The position numbers were made by a program, and so were the translations under genes. This document shows, in pieces, positions 20,098 through 29,861 of a stretch of 64,000 nt of DNA (the first letter of the stretch is position 1; each line of letters opens with the position of its first letter). This DNA is from Candidatus Poribacteria bacterium (GTDB taxonomy: Bacteria > Poribacteria > WGA-4E > WGA-3G): positions 514,856 through 578,855 of the forward strand of contig OY282374.1 in assembly GCA_958295815.1 (NCBI GenBank), in the 5' to 3' direction. The notes below the pieces were generated by a model. That model worked only from the letters and a program-made list of their open reading frames with translations, was not told the DNA's origin and did not search any database.

Positions 20098-20712
20098 TCA
20101 AGTTTGACTTCCGAGTTTCGCTAAATGCAAAACGAGTGTCGTATTACCAATGGCGAGCACTGCGCCAACAACGGTTTGTAGAAGTGTATGCCGTTTTCGG
20201 TAAACCCGTGCCCAAGCAATCAATGGAATCAGCAAGAATAACCAACCAAATTGTGGATTAACAAGCATCACGAGTACGGTGACACATCCGGTGGCAACGC
20301 TACTGTGAAAACTAATTTTCCACATTAGGGTGATTGCGAAAAAAACGACACTGTTTGTGATATAAGCGACGCCTGCCCAGACAATTTCACGTGCCGCACC
20401 CAGTTCGTGCAATAGAAAAGTTCCCACAATCATACTGATGAGTGTACAGCATAAAGGTAGGAACCGTTCTTCTCTATTTTTCAGGTGTAGATCGCTTACT
20501 TTGGCGAACCGGACCATTACTGCTATCGACAGGGCGGGTAGGACGGTAACAAATAATACTACGATCGCCAACCACCGGAGGCTGTCTTGAGGTGCTGCAT
20601 GTTTTTCGACAACTCCGAAGGCTGTCGCAATGGGTACCAAAAAAGGGCTAAAAACGACAGAGATACACCATGCTAACCGTGCCGTAATTGTCGATAGGGT
20701 CCTGCGCGTCAT
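20098..20712 (-). CDS. PAP2-superfamily membrane phosphatase (phosphatidylglycerophosphatase-like)
   Basis: five to six TM helices, KISFHSS and RVYRKRH resembling PAP2 motifs SGH and SR...H. Confidence 0.45.
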   Translation of the reverse strand: MTRRTLSTITARLAWCISVVFSPFLVPIATAFGVVEKHAAPQDSLRWLAIVVLFVTVLPALSIAVMVRFAKVSDLHLKNREERFLPLCCTLISMIVGTFLLHELGAAREIVWAGVAYITNSVVFFAITLMWKISFHSSVATGCVTVLVMLVNPQFGWLFLLIPLIAWARVYRKRHTLLQTVVGAVLAIGNTTLVLHLAKLGSQT

Positions 20713-20719
20713 CAATTAA

Positions 20720-21730
20720 TTAGTTTGACGTTTCCAACGTTTTGAAGAAATTAACTAAGTCTGTGCCGTGTGTGCTGGCGTTGACTTTTTTATCGATTTC
20801 CAGAATTTTCCCCTCTTTATCGATAATAATAGATAATCGATCGATCCTTCCTTCAAGGACATTTGTCGCACCATATAGGAGTGAAAGATTGCGACTGGTG
20901 TCTACTAAAAGAGGGAAATTCAACTGATTTTCTTCGGAAAATCTCTGGTGTGAATCGGCGTCATTTACAGTAATTCCAAAAATCTGAGCATCGTATTCGG
21001 CAAAACTACTCGACTCATCACGGAGCGAGCAAACTTCTGCCGTTCAGCCAGTACCAAAGTCGCGCGGATAAAACGCGAGTACAACGTTCTTTTTTCCACG
21101 AAATTCACTTAATTGGTGCGTTTTACCACTGCCATCAACAGCAATAAAATCAGGGGCAGTTTGTCCGGCTTCTACCTTCGGTAGCACCTCTTTAAGCTGG
21201 ACAACCACATCTTCGCCGTGTGTTTTAGTGTTAACTTCTCTATCAATAGCACGGATGTATCCGGATTTGTCGATGATAAAAGTTGTCCGTTTTGATGCTT
21301 TGAAGTTTTCGATGATACCGCTGTACTGCGTACTCACCTCAAATTCGGTATCTGCCAATAGAGAAAAGCCGAATTTTTGCGCTGCTCTGAATTGCTTGTG
21401 TGATTCGACGGAGTCAACACTCACGCCGAAAAGCACACTATCAGTTGCTTCTATCTCGCTCAAACTATCCCGGAGCGAGTTGAGTTCGGCTGTTCAGCCA
21501 CCGGTAAAATCCTTCGGATAAAAGGCGAGAACGACATTCTTTTTACCTAAGTAATCGCTGAGATTCCGCTCAACACCTTCTTCATCTTTGAGTGTAAAAT
21601 CTGGGGCTGTCATCCCCGCTGTTAGCGTATCTGGCGTTGTCACTGCTTCCTCCCCTGAAGCTGCTGGAATTATAAGGGCTGTCATGAGGATAGCAGCCCA
21701 GACGCTCGCATTAAGCCGCGTTAGAAACAT
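20720..21730 (-). CDS. secreted tandem-domain BCP/PrxQ-type peroxiredoxin with two in-frame TGA (putative selenocysteine) codons at the peroxidatic positions
   Basis: three ORF-track pieces (21494-21832, 21044-21463, 20720-20923) share one frame; FYPKDFTGG-TGA-TAELNSLRD and FYPRDFGTG-TGA-TAEVCSLRD align to the Prx motif FYP.DFT.GC(T)xxxC.FRD; N-terminal signal peptide. Confidence 0.75.
20999..21041 (-). promoter_or_regulatory. bSECIS-like hairpin downstream of second in-frame UGA (GCUCGCUC-CGUGAU-GAGUCGAGU, outer GGCA/UGCC)
   Basis: stem-loop with apical GU; shares CUCGCUCCGNGAU with the first hairpin. Confidence 0.45.
21455..21479 (-). promoter_or_regulatory. bSECIS-like hairpin 14 nt downstream of first in-frame UGA (CUCGCUC-CGGGAUAGUUU-GAGCGAG)
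   Basis: perfect 7-bp stem with GU-containing loop read from the mRNA strand. Confidence 0.5.
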
Positions 21731-21883
21731 CACATTATGCCTCCACGAATTTTTTATCGCAAGTTTTCGGCTTACAGCTTCGCCGAAAAATATTATTATC
21801 GAAATTATACGCCAATTTCCTGTGAGTGTCAAGAAAACTCCGATCGGCGTAGCACTGTTTCGTTTTTTGATAGCCTTGTAGTC

Positions 21884-22750
21884 TTAGTTTGAAAGAATGT
21901 CATGTTCTTCAAGCCATGTCTTCAAAGGCACGTCGTCATCCTTAGGTGAAAAATGCCCATTTGCATTAGTTCCACCACCGAGAAGCTGCTGTCGAATCGG
22001 GTCATTTCGTTCAAACATCTCTTTCGGGATGGTCATGTTATCTTTGCTCCGTAGCCATCGATAGCCGTATCCATAAAAGAGTCCCTTGCGGGTGATGTCT
22101 GAATCATTTTCGCTGCGGGAATGCCATAGACGTCGGTCGAAGAAGACCGCGTCACCAGGTTTACAACAGACGGGTATTGCCCCCTTCGGAAGCGAACCGT
22201 CTGTCGGACGGTCTTCGAGTTTATTCCATAGGTGACTTCCTGGGATGATATAGAAGTTTCCGCGTCCAGGCTCTGAGCAGTCAGATAGCCAGTAGACGAC
22301 TTTGATAGAGAGACGGGGTCGAGGTGAGCTTTCCATCTCAATATTAACACGTCCACTATCCTGATGCCAGCCGAGCGGTGTCGGTTTACCACGCACTTCC
22401 TCTGGACGTGGTGGTGTAATGATGAAATGGCTGTGGTAGGAGTAGATATTCCACCCCAAAATGCCCCAGATCTTCGGAAACGTTTTATACCAGTCCAAAA
22501 TGTTCACGAAGACCTGATCTGTGCCGAGGAAGTTCGGATAGAAAAAATTGTTATGCGCAGCCAGTTGGTTTTTGGTATATGGGTCGTAACCGGCATCGAG
22601 GTGTTGTTGATAGATGTTGTCCACCCGCGTTTCGAGCCGTTCAACGAGATCTGGCGGGAGTGCATTTTCGATGATTAAATACCCATCTTCATTCATAGCA
22701 CTGCGTTGTTCATCTGTGAGCTGGTGTTGTAGATGTCTTTCGTCAAGCAT
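21884..22750 (-). CDS. phytanoyl-CoA dioxygenase (PhyH) family Fe(II)/2-oxoglutarate oxygenase
   Basis: WHQDSG...H.D double-stranded beta-helix facial triad; PhyH-like length. Confidence 0.75.
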   Translation of the reverse strand: MLDERHLQHQLTDEQRSAMNEDGYLIIENALPPDLVERLETRVDNIYQQHLDAGYDPYTKNQLAAHNNFFYPNFLGTDQVFVNILDWYKTFPKIWGILGWNIYSYHSHFIITPPRPEEVRGKPTPLGWHQDSGRVNIEMESSPRPRLSIKVVYWLSDCSEPGRGNFYIIPGSHLWNKLEDRPTDGSLPKGAIPVCCKPGDAVFFDRRLWHSRSENDSDITRKGLFYGYGYRWLRSKDNMTIPKEMFERNDPIRQQLLGGGTNANGHFSPKDDDVPLKTWLEEHDILSN

Positions 22751-22797
22751 AGCTTAAATCTCCGATTTATGATGATTATCCGAGGTGCGTGAATAGG

Positions 22798-23751
22798 TTA
22801 ATCCGGTAAAGGACCTTCTATTTGGTCCACCAAGTGAATGGAATGGATGACATCACGGAGGTCTGTGAGCGGGACTTTCCGGTTACGGACGCAATCGGCG
22901 AAGTGGCGGTGCATAGTCAGGACGCCTTCATAATTTGCTGAGTCGCGTTCATCTACACCGTCAACTTCCCAACCGCCCATAACGCTTCTGTTATTGTCCT
23001 CATAAATTTCAATTTCTTCTGGGATTTTCATGTAACAACCAATGCCGACACCGTGCAATTCGGAACGAAGCACGCGTCCACCCGATGCGCGACTCCCGAA
23101 GAGTACACCTGTGACATTATTATCAAAACGGACGAAAGCAGTGTAGAAGTTACGTTGTTCTGCAGCGAACGTGTCTCGATGCGCCGTGACTTCCACGGGT
23201 TCGCCACCTGCCATATAGCGGAGTAGATCGACGACGTGACAAACATCGTTCCAGAGGGTTGTCGTAAATTCTCGGTTCTGACCGATCATTTGCTTGTTAA
23301 AGGTGGTGACGGCTAATGTAACAGGTCCCTTTTCTGCGACCCGTCGCATTGCTTCACGGGTGACAGCGGCATATCTGCGTTGAAACCCTACCATGCAGTA
23401 GACATCGTTGGCAATCGCTGCCTCGAGTAATTGTTGTGTTTCATCGCTGTTCGCACCCGGAGGCTTCTCGATAAACATGTGCTTGCCAGCGTTAAGGCAA
23501 TCCAAGGCGGGTTGCAAAATCCACTTTTCATTCATCACGCAATAGACGACGTCTAAGTCTTCTGTGTCCAACATCTTCCTGTGATCTGTGTAGGTATGTG
23601 GGAACTCATATTTCTGTGCGACTTGTGCGAGTTTTTCTTCATCCAGTTCGCATACCGCGAGCATCTCAACATCATCTTCGAGACGGTTAACACTTGGATA
23701 ATGTGCGCCTTGACTACGTCCCCCTGCACCGATAAATCCTGCTTTAAGCAT
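22798..23751 (-). CDS. Gfo/Idh/MocA family NAD(P)-dependent oxidoreductase
   Basis: MLKAGFIGAGGRSQ Rossmann N-terminus; the longer ORF extends to 23862. Confidence 0.8.
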   Translation of the reverse strand: MLKAGFIGAGGRSQGAHYPSVNRLEDDVEMLAVCELDEEKLAQVAQKYEFPHTYTDHRKMLDTEDLDVVYCVMNEKWILQPALDCLNAGKHMFIEKPPGANSDETQQLLEAAIANDVYCMVGFQRRYAAVTREAMRRVAEKGPVTLAVTTFNKQMIGQNREFTTTLWNDVCHVVDLLRYMAGGEPVEVTAHRDTFAAEQRNFYTAFVRFDNNVTGVLFGSRASGGRVLRSELHGVGIGCYMKIPEEIEIYEDNNRSVMGGWEVDGVDERDSANYEGVLTMHRHFADCVRNRKVPLTDLRDVIHSIHLVDQIEGPLPD

Positions 23752-24006
23752 TGGGACTCTCCTTTGTCTCAATATTCGTGAAACTTTGTCCATTTTGAAG
23801 TGTCCATACTTTAGCACAAATCTAAATTGATGGCAAGAGAATTTTTCGGGGTCGGAGGGCATTTAATTTCCTGAAGTATAGGTCAAAAAGTTTGATTCTC
23901 TGAATGTTTTGTGGTATTCTCTTAACACCACATTAATTTTCAGGCAATCGAGCGTACTATATTCGTAGAACCGCTTGGAACCGAACCGATTGGTAAGGAG
24001 ACACTC

Positions 24007-24825
24007 ATGCCAGTTTTTGATGCAGAAGCCTTAGAATTTTGGGAAGAGAATGGTTACGTTGTTGTGCCAGAAGCCGTCCCTCTTGAGAACTGCCGCGCTG
24101 CGGAACAAGCCGTTTGGGATTTTCTTGAAATGGATCGTGACGATCCAGACAGTTGGTATCCTGACCCACCGCGTCGGAGTATCATGGTAGAGATTTATCA
24201 GCACCAAGCCTTGTGGGATAATCGCCAATACCCGCGTATACATCAGGCTTTCTCAGAAATTTGGGAAAACGAGAAACTTTGGGTTAGTTTTGATCGCGCA
24301 AGCATGAATCCACCTGAACGTTCGGATTGGAAATTCACCGGACCTTACTTGCATTGGGATATGTCGTTGGACGATATGCCGGTGCGTTTAAAGGTACAAG
24401 GTGTGCTGTATCTGGCAGATACACCCGGCAATCAGGGGGCATTCACCTGCATTCCAGGGTTCCATCGGAAATTGGAGTCATGGTTAGATGACCTGCCTGC
24501 CGATACCAATCCACGGGAAGTCGTGCGAGACTACCAAGCCGAAGCGGTTCCGGTTGCCGGGAAAGCCGGTGATCTTGTAATCTGGCACAGTGCATTGCCA
24601 CACGGTAGTAGCCCGAATTCTGCCGAGCGTCCGCGGATGGCGCAATACATAACGATGTCACCAGCACCAACGAACGGAAATCCTGAGTCCCGGATTACCG
24701 GATGGCGCGAACGATTAACAGGTCTCGGCAAAGAGGCGAAAGAGAAGGAACATTACCAGGGGAAGACAGCCGAGTTGACACCTTTAGGGGAAAGACTCCT
24801 TGGGCTTGAATCGTGGGATGTCTGA
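24007..24825 (+). CDS. phytanoyl-CoA dioxygenase (PhyH) family protein
   Basis: PhyH-like N-terminus and HWDMS...H.H.S core. Confidence 0.7.
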   Translation: MPVFDAEALEFWEENGYVVVPEAVPLENCRAAEQAVWDFLEMDRDDPDSWYPDPPRRSIMVEIYQHQALWDNRQYPRIHQAFSEIWENEKLWVSFDRASMNPPERSDWKFTGPYLHWDMSLDDMPVRLKVQGVLYLADTPGNQGAFTCIPGFHRKLESWLDDLPADTNPREVVRDYQAEAVPVAGKAGDLVIWHSALPHGSSPNSAERPRMAQYITMSPAPTNGNPESRITGWRERLTGLGKEAKEKEHYQGKTAELTPLGERLLGLESWDV

Positions 24826-24913
24826 TGCGTCTTTAGTAGTTAAGTTAAATAGATAGGGTGGGTGCTGTGCCCGCTCACTGGTGTCCAGCTGGTGCATGAA
24901 GGAGATTTGCATC

Positions 24914-26206
24914 ATGACAGATTTATTGGCAGCACGGGCACAGATGGCAATGTCTCTCGCGTTTCACATTATTTTTGCAGCAGTCGGTATCGCAATGCCG
25001 CTGCTAATGGTGATTGCGGAGGGATTGTGGCTTAAAACGCGAGAAGAGGTATACCTGACGCTGGCGAAGCAGTGGGCAAAAGGCACCGCTGTGATGTTCG
25101 CTGTTGGTGCCGTCTCTGGGACCGTCCTATCTTTTGAACTCGGCTTGTTGTGGCCCAATTTCATGGCTTACGCCGGTCCAATCATCGGAATGCCGTTTTC
25201 GCTGGAAGGGTTGGCGTTTTTCGTTGAAGCAATCTTTTTAGGGCTTTATCTCTACGGTTGGGATCGCATCCCAAAATATGCACACTGGTTCGCTGGTATG
25301 ATGGTGCTGCTCGGCGGTACGTTTTCGGGCATCTTCGTTGTTACCGCGAATGCTTGGATGAATACACCCACCGGCTTTTCGATTGTCAATGGTGAAGTGA
25401 CAGACATCGATCCGATTGCGGCGATGCTCAATCCCTCCTCGTTCAGCCAAGCACTCCACATGACCATTGCTGCTTTTCTCGCTGTCGGATTTGCAGTGGC
25501 TGGTATTCACGCCTATTTCCTCAGACGCGATCCAAATAACCTTTTCCATCGCCGAGCATTCGCTATTGCGTTAAGTGTCGGCGCGGTGTTCGCACTCCTC
25601 CAACCAATTTCGGGAGACATCAGTGCTAAGAAATTGGCTAAGTATCAACCCGTTAAGCTCGCCGCAATGGAGGCGCAATGGGAGACAGAGCGTGGCGCGC
25701 CCTTACGCATTGGTGGTATTCCTAACGAGGATACTGAAGAAACCCGATATGCCCTTGAGATTCCGAAGGCACTCAGTTTCCTCGCACATTCCGACTTCAA
25801 CGCTGAGATTATGGGACTCAAGGCGGTCCCACGCGAAAATCGTCCACCTGTGGCAATTGTGCATTTCGCATTTCAGATTATGGTGGCGTGTGGGATTGTG
25901 TTGATTACCGCTGGTGTGCTCGGCGGTTGGCTGGCGTGGAGACGAAAAGGTCTGCCAAGCCAACCTTGGTATCTTCGATTTGTCACGTTCTGCACACCAC
26001 TTGGATTTATTGCGATTGAAGCAGGCTGGACGGTCACGGAGGTCGGACGGCAACCGTGGGTTATCTATGGTCTGATGCGTACAGCAGATGCGGTAACGCC
26101 AATGCCAAACCTTGTTGTTCCGTTTGTCAGTTTTACGGTGCTTTACATTTTTCTCTCAATTATTGTTTTCATATTATTACGCCGTCTTATTTTTACCTCA
26201 GTTTAG
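24914..26206 (+). CDS. cydA: cytochrome bd ubiquinol oxidase subunit I
   Basis: MTDLLAARAQMAMSLAFHIIFAAVGI...Q-loop; RBS aggag upstream of 24914. Confidence 0.9.
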   Translation: MTDLLAARAQMAMSLAFHIIFAAVGIAMPLLMVIAEGLWLKTREEVYLTLAKQWAKGTAVMFAVGAVSGTVLSFELGLLWPNFMAYAGPIIGMPFSLEGLAFFVEAIFLGLYLYGWDRIPKYAHWFAGMMVLLGGTFSGIFVVTANAWMNTPTGFSIVNGEVTDIDPIAAMLNPSSFSQALHMTIAAFLAVGFAVAGIHAYFLRRDPNNLFHRRAFAIALSVGAVFALLQPISGDISAKKLAKYQPVKLAAMEAQWETERGAPLRIGGIPNEDTEETRYALEIPKALSFLAHSDFNAEIMGLKAVPRENRPPVAIVHFAFQIMVACGIVLITAGVLGGWLAWRRKGLPSQPWYLRFVTFCTPLGFIAIEAGWTVTEVGRQPWVIYGLMRTADAVTPMPNLVVPFVSFTVLYIFLSIIVFILLRRLIFTSV

Positions 26207-26273
26207 AGACGGATGGTTTGCTGTCAGAGGATCCAGAACTTGTGCTTGTAGCGAGACTTAGTGGAGGGATTTT

Positions 26274-27314
26274 GTGTTTACACTTGAATTCTGCGTCGCT
26301 GGCGTGATGCTTATCTCCCTCGTTATCTATATGTTGACAGGTGGTGCTGATTTTGGCGGTGGGATTTGGGATCTGTTTGCGACGGGTCGCCGTGCAAAAG
26401 CGCAGCGTTCACTTATCATGGAAGCCATCGCTCCGATCTGGGAAGCCAACCATGTCTGGTTAATTGTGATTGTTGTGCTGCTCTTCGTGGCATTTCCGGT
26501 CGCATTCGCGTCGATTAGTACGGCTTTACATATTCCATTGACATTGATGCTCGTGGGTATTGTGCTTCGCGGCTCAGCGTTTGTGTTTCGGACCTACGAT
26601 GTCCAATCGGATACGACACATCGCCGTTGGAGCCGGATGTTCGCCGTCGCAAGTGCTATTACACCTATCATGTTAGGAATTACGTTAGGGGCGGTTGCGT
26701 CCGGCGCGATTCACGTTGACGTGGAGAGTGGACAAGTGGACACCGACTTTATCTCAGCGTGGTTTGCCCCGTTTCCGTTTGCAATCGGTTTTTTCACCTT
26801 GACGCTCTGTGCCTTCCTTGCGGCGGTGTATCTCACGCTAGAGACTGAGGATTCGGGATTAAAAGAGGATTTTCGGCGACGCGCACTCATCGCGGCGGTG
26901 AGTGTTGGGGCAATGGCAGGACTGAGTTTTCTCTTATCTGCTGAAGGCGCGCCAATGATTCGGCAGGGACTCAGTGGTGCCCCTTGGTCGATCCCGTTTC
27001 ATATTTTGACGGGTGCGGTAGCTCTGTGGGCAATCTGGACGATTTGGAAACGTCAATTTCGCCTTGCGTGTATTCTTGTTCCGATACAGGTTACACTGAT
27101 TGTTTTCGGCTGGGGACTTGCACAGTATCCATATCTTGTTACACCCGACTTAACCTTTTCAAACGTAGCTGCACCGGATGCTGTGTTGCGTCCAATGTTG
27201 ATTATATTAGGTGTCGGTGGGGTTCTGTTGGCACCTGCATTCTGGTATCTTTACGCTGTATTTAAGGGCGCGTCTCGAAAAACGAATGATGCTCCAGAGC
27301 AACTTGATACTTGA
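26274..27314 (+). CDS. cydB: cytochrome bd ubiquinol oxidase subunit II
   Basis: GADFGGGIWDL and IAPIWEANHVWLIV CydB motifs. Confidence 0.9.
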   Translation: MFTLEFCVAGVMLISLVIYMLTGGADFGGGIWDLFATGRRAKAQRSLIMEAIAPIWEANHVWLIVIVVLLFVAFPVAFASISTALHIPLTLMLVGIVLRGSAFVFRTYDVQSDTTHRRWSRMFAVASAITPIMLGITLGAVASGAIHVDVESGQVDTDFISAWFAPFPFAIGFFTLTLCAFLAAVYLTLETEDSGLKEDFRRRALIAAVSVGAMAGLSFLLSAEGAPMIRQGLSGAPWSIPFHILTGAVALWAIWTIWKRQFRLACILVPIQVTLIVFGWGLAQYPYLVTPDLTFSNVAAPDAVLRPMLIILGVGGVLLAPAFWYLYAVFKGASRKTNDAPEQLDT

Positions 27315-27429
27315 CACTGGTAAAACAACTCGATGTAAATCCTGCCTTTTCCTTGTTTTTCCCCTCATTTTCTGTTAAAATTAACGTGAGTTTGATAAAT
27401 ATTTAGAGTAGGCGCATTTCCGATTAAAG

Positions 27430-27470
27430 TCCCCCTGATAAGGGGGATTTAGGGGGTTAGATCCCTAAAA
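27430..27470 (+). terminator. two adjacent GC hairpins (tcccccT-gata-Aggggga, tttaggg-ggttagatc-ccctaaa) downstream of cydB; possible terminator
   Basis: inverted repeats read from sequence; no clean U-tract. Confidence 0.3.
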
Positions 27471-27658
27471 AACTCCTCATTCTGGGTGAATTTATTGCTT
27501 TTTTGCTCAATATGCGTCGGTCTTGGCTTCTAATATTTTTTTTCAAACTGGCGTTAAAATTAAAGAGATTTTAGGCAGTTCACTGCTTGTGGTTTCGTGG
27601 ACTCTGTACAAGTATTACCTGAACGCTTCAGCCCAAAAAACAGATTAGATTTAATCTA

Positions 27659-29677
27659 TTGGAACAAAAGTTGAAAGAGAATATCTTTCTGATAGTGTCG
27701 GTGCTGTTGTGCCTCTTTATCTTAGCTGAGGTCAACTATCCGCAGCTTACGCCACAAACTGAGTTGGCACTCTTCGCGATGTTTGGGTTGTTAGTAGTAT
27801 TTTTAAATTACCCTATTCATCAGCGTTTTGCCGACCGCCGCGCTTTCCAACTGTTTGATGTCGTGTTGATAGGAGCTGTGGTTGTCTGCTTCGGCTACGT
27901 CGTGGTTCAAACAGAGCCGATTTTTCAGAGGTTCTGGTTAGATGGTAAACCTCTCGGTGAACGGGCAGGGGCGGAACTGCAGATAGATTACATCATTGGT
28001 GGGTTTGGGCTTGTCTTAATCTTAGAAGCGACGCGCCGTTCTATTGGTATGACGCTTCCGCTACTCTCTCTCGCATTTCTGCTCTATGCCAGTTTTGGAC
28101 AGTTTATGCCGGATTGGCTATTTCCACATCGCGGGTATTCCATTCAACGTATTGTTAGTCAGACATTTTTGCATAGTCAAGGCGCGTTTGGCATCGCACT
28201 TCGGGTCATGTTCACTTACGTGTTCCTTTTTGTATTATTTGGTACGTTACTGGAACGCACCGGGGCTACCGGTTATGTCTTGGATTTGGCGAGACGCGTA
28301 TTCGGTTCGAGTGTAGGGGCACCTGCCAAGGTTGCGGTACTCAGCAGCGGTATGATGGGATCGCTATCAGGTTCGGCTGTCGCGAACACGGCAACAACTG
28401 GCACGTTTACGATTCCTCTGATGAAGCGTTCAGGATTTCAACCGGCGATGGCGGGTGGTATTGAGGCTGCGGCAAGTTCTGGTGGTGCATTGGTCCCGCC
28501 TATCATGGGCGCAGCGGCGTATATGATGCTGGAAATCGTAGAACCGGCTGTCACCTATTTGGAAATCATCAAGGCGGCACTGCTACCAGCGATCCTTTAC
28601 TACACCGGAATGCTGTGCATGGTGCACTTTTTTGCACGAAGCAGTAAGGAGTATGCTGTTCACAGTCCTGACGAAACAGATGGTGATGTACAAGAAGCAG
28701 AAGATAGAAAAATTATAACAGTACAAGGGGTTACCTTTCTGGCGGCGTTTGTTACGCTTATTGGATTTCTGTTGCTCGGTGCTACGCCGTTCCGTGCAGT
28801 GAGTTGGAGTCTTCTGGTAATTATTGGTATAAGCCTATTGAATTTCTTGGGACGGAGAATTCGTAAGCAAGATCCCACGACAGAAACGCGTATTGGAGTT
28901 CAGAATTTACTGAAGGGAATAGACTTCTTAGTATCGCCATGTAAGCGGGCAGCGCAGAGTGGTGTTTCTCTGATTGCAGCCGCTGCATGCGTTGGTATCA
29001 TTTTAGGTGTGGTGACGCTAACCGGCATCGGTGGCAAGTTACCATCAACACTCTTACCCCTTGCTGCTACAAATCTGATGTTGGCACTTTTCTTTCTCAT
29101 GATTTCAACAATTATTCTGGGGATGGGGTTGCCATCATCCGTCTGTTATCTACTGATGGCTATCTTGGTAGGTCCTGTGCTTCTCGACTTAGGGGTTGTC
29201 CCACTTGCTGCGCATTTTTTTATTTTTTATTTTGGGATGATGTCCATGGTGACACCACCGGTTGCCTTGGCGGCATATGCTGCGTCTGCTATTGCCGGGT
29301 CTGGAGTGATGGCGACGGGGTTCGCAGCGTTTAGGTTTGCCCTTGTCGGTTTTGCACTGCCTTACGCGTTTGTGCTACGACCGGCTCTGCTCTGGTTGAG
29401 TGCTGATGGTGGAACGCCAGAGGTCTGGACAGTTTTAGGAAACTTCTCTCTGACGTTGGTTGGAACGGTTATCTTTGCGGCAGCCATCGCTGGATACATC
29501 TTTAACAGAATGACCCTATTGACACGCGGTGTGTTGTTTATCGCTGCGTTTGTTCTCTTTTTTCTACCTATCAATGTGCAACTTGTTTGGATTCATGCGA
29601 TAGTAGTCGTTGCAAGCACCGCTATTTTCTATTATAATTGGCAGCGGAAGGAGGCGTTTCATGAAGAACCGAACTAA
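27659..29677 (+). CDS. TRAP transporter fused permease (TAXI-type DctQM-like, 4TM+12TM fusion)
   Basis: 672-aa polytopic protein with DctM-like core; no cognate binding-protein gene adjacent. Confidence 0.7.
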   Translation: MEQKLKENIFLIVSVLLCLFILAEVNYPQLTPQTELALFAMFGLLVVFLNYPIHQRFADRRAFQLFDVVLIGAVVVCFGYVVVQTEPIFQRFWLDGKPLGERAGAELQIDYIIGGFGLVLILEATRRSIGMTLPLLSLAFLLYASFGQFMPDWLFPHRGYSIQRIVSQTFLHSQGAFGIALRVMFTYVFLFVLFGTLLERTGATGYVLDLARRVFGSSVGAPAKVAVLSSGMMGSLSGSAVANTATTGTFTIPLMKRSGFQPAMAGGIEAAASSGGALVPPIMGAAAYMMLEIVEPAVTYLEIIKAALLPAILYYTGMLCMVHFFARSSKEYAVHSPDETDGDVQEAEDRKIITVQGVTFLAAFVTLIGFLLLGATPFRAVSWSLLVIIGISLLNFLGRRIRKQDPTTETRIGVQNLLKGIDFLVSPCKRAAQSGVSLIAAAACVGIILGVVTLTGIGGKLPSTLLPLAATNLMLALFFLMISTIILGMGLPSSVCYLLMAILVGPVLLDLGVVPLAAHFFIFYFGMMSMVTPPVALAAYAASAIAGSGVMATGFAAFRFALVGFALPYAFVLRPALLWLSADGGTPEVWTVLGNFSLTLVGTVIFAAAIAGYIFNRMTLLTRGVLFIAAFVLFFLPINVQLVWIHAIVVVASTAIFYYNWQRKEAFHEEPN

Positions 29678-29861
29678 ATGGTTGTTCTACTTTCTGATTG
29701 TGTTACTGTTCTTGCTTCACAACGATTTCTGGTTTTGGAAGTCACCGCAACTCGTTTTGGGACTGCCAGTAGGGCTGCTTTATCATATCGGATTCTGTCT
29801 TGCAGTAACATTACTAATGGCTATCTTTGTCAAAGGTGGTGAAGACTGGAGGAAGCGATGA
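29661..29861 (+). CDS. DUF3311-like small membrane protein preceding a sodium:solute symporter
   Basis: two-TM 66-aa protein immediately upstream of, and overlapping, an SSS transporter gene. Confidence 0.55.
   Translation: MKNRTKWLFYFLIVLLFLLHNDFWFWKSPQLVLGLPVGLLYHIGFCLAVTLLMAIFVKGGEDWRKR

Noticed and set aside
21761-21790. Hairpin ttcggc-ttacagcttc-gccgaa upstream of the selenoprotein gene, considered as a terminator
   Set aside because: No U-tract follows on either strand; more likely a 5' UTR or promoter-region structure, function unknown
20720-21832. Reading the two TGAs as an alternative genetic code (e.g. TGA coding Gly or Trp) or as three separate truncated Prx genes
   Set aside because: TGA clearly terminates ispE, pnkp and other genes; the TGAs sit exactly at the catalytic Cys positions; and the downstream pieces lack start codons and signal peptides of their own
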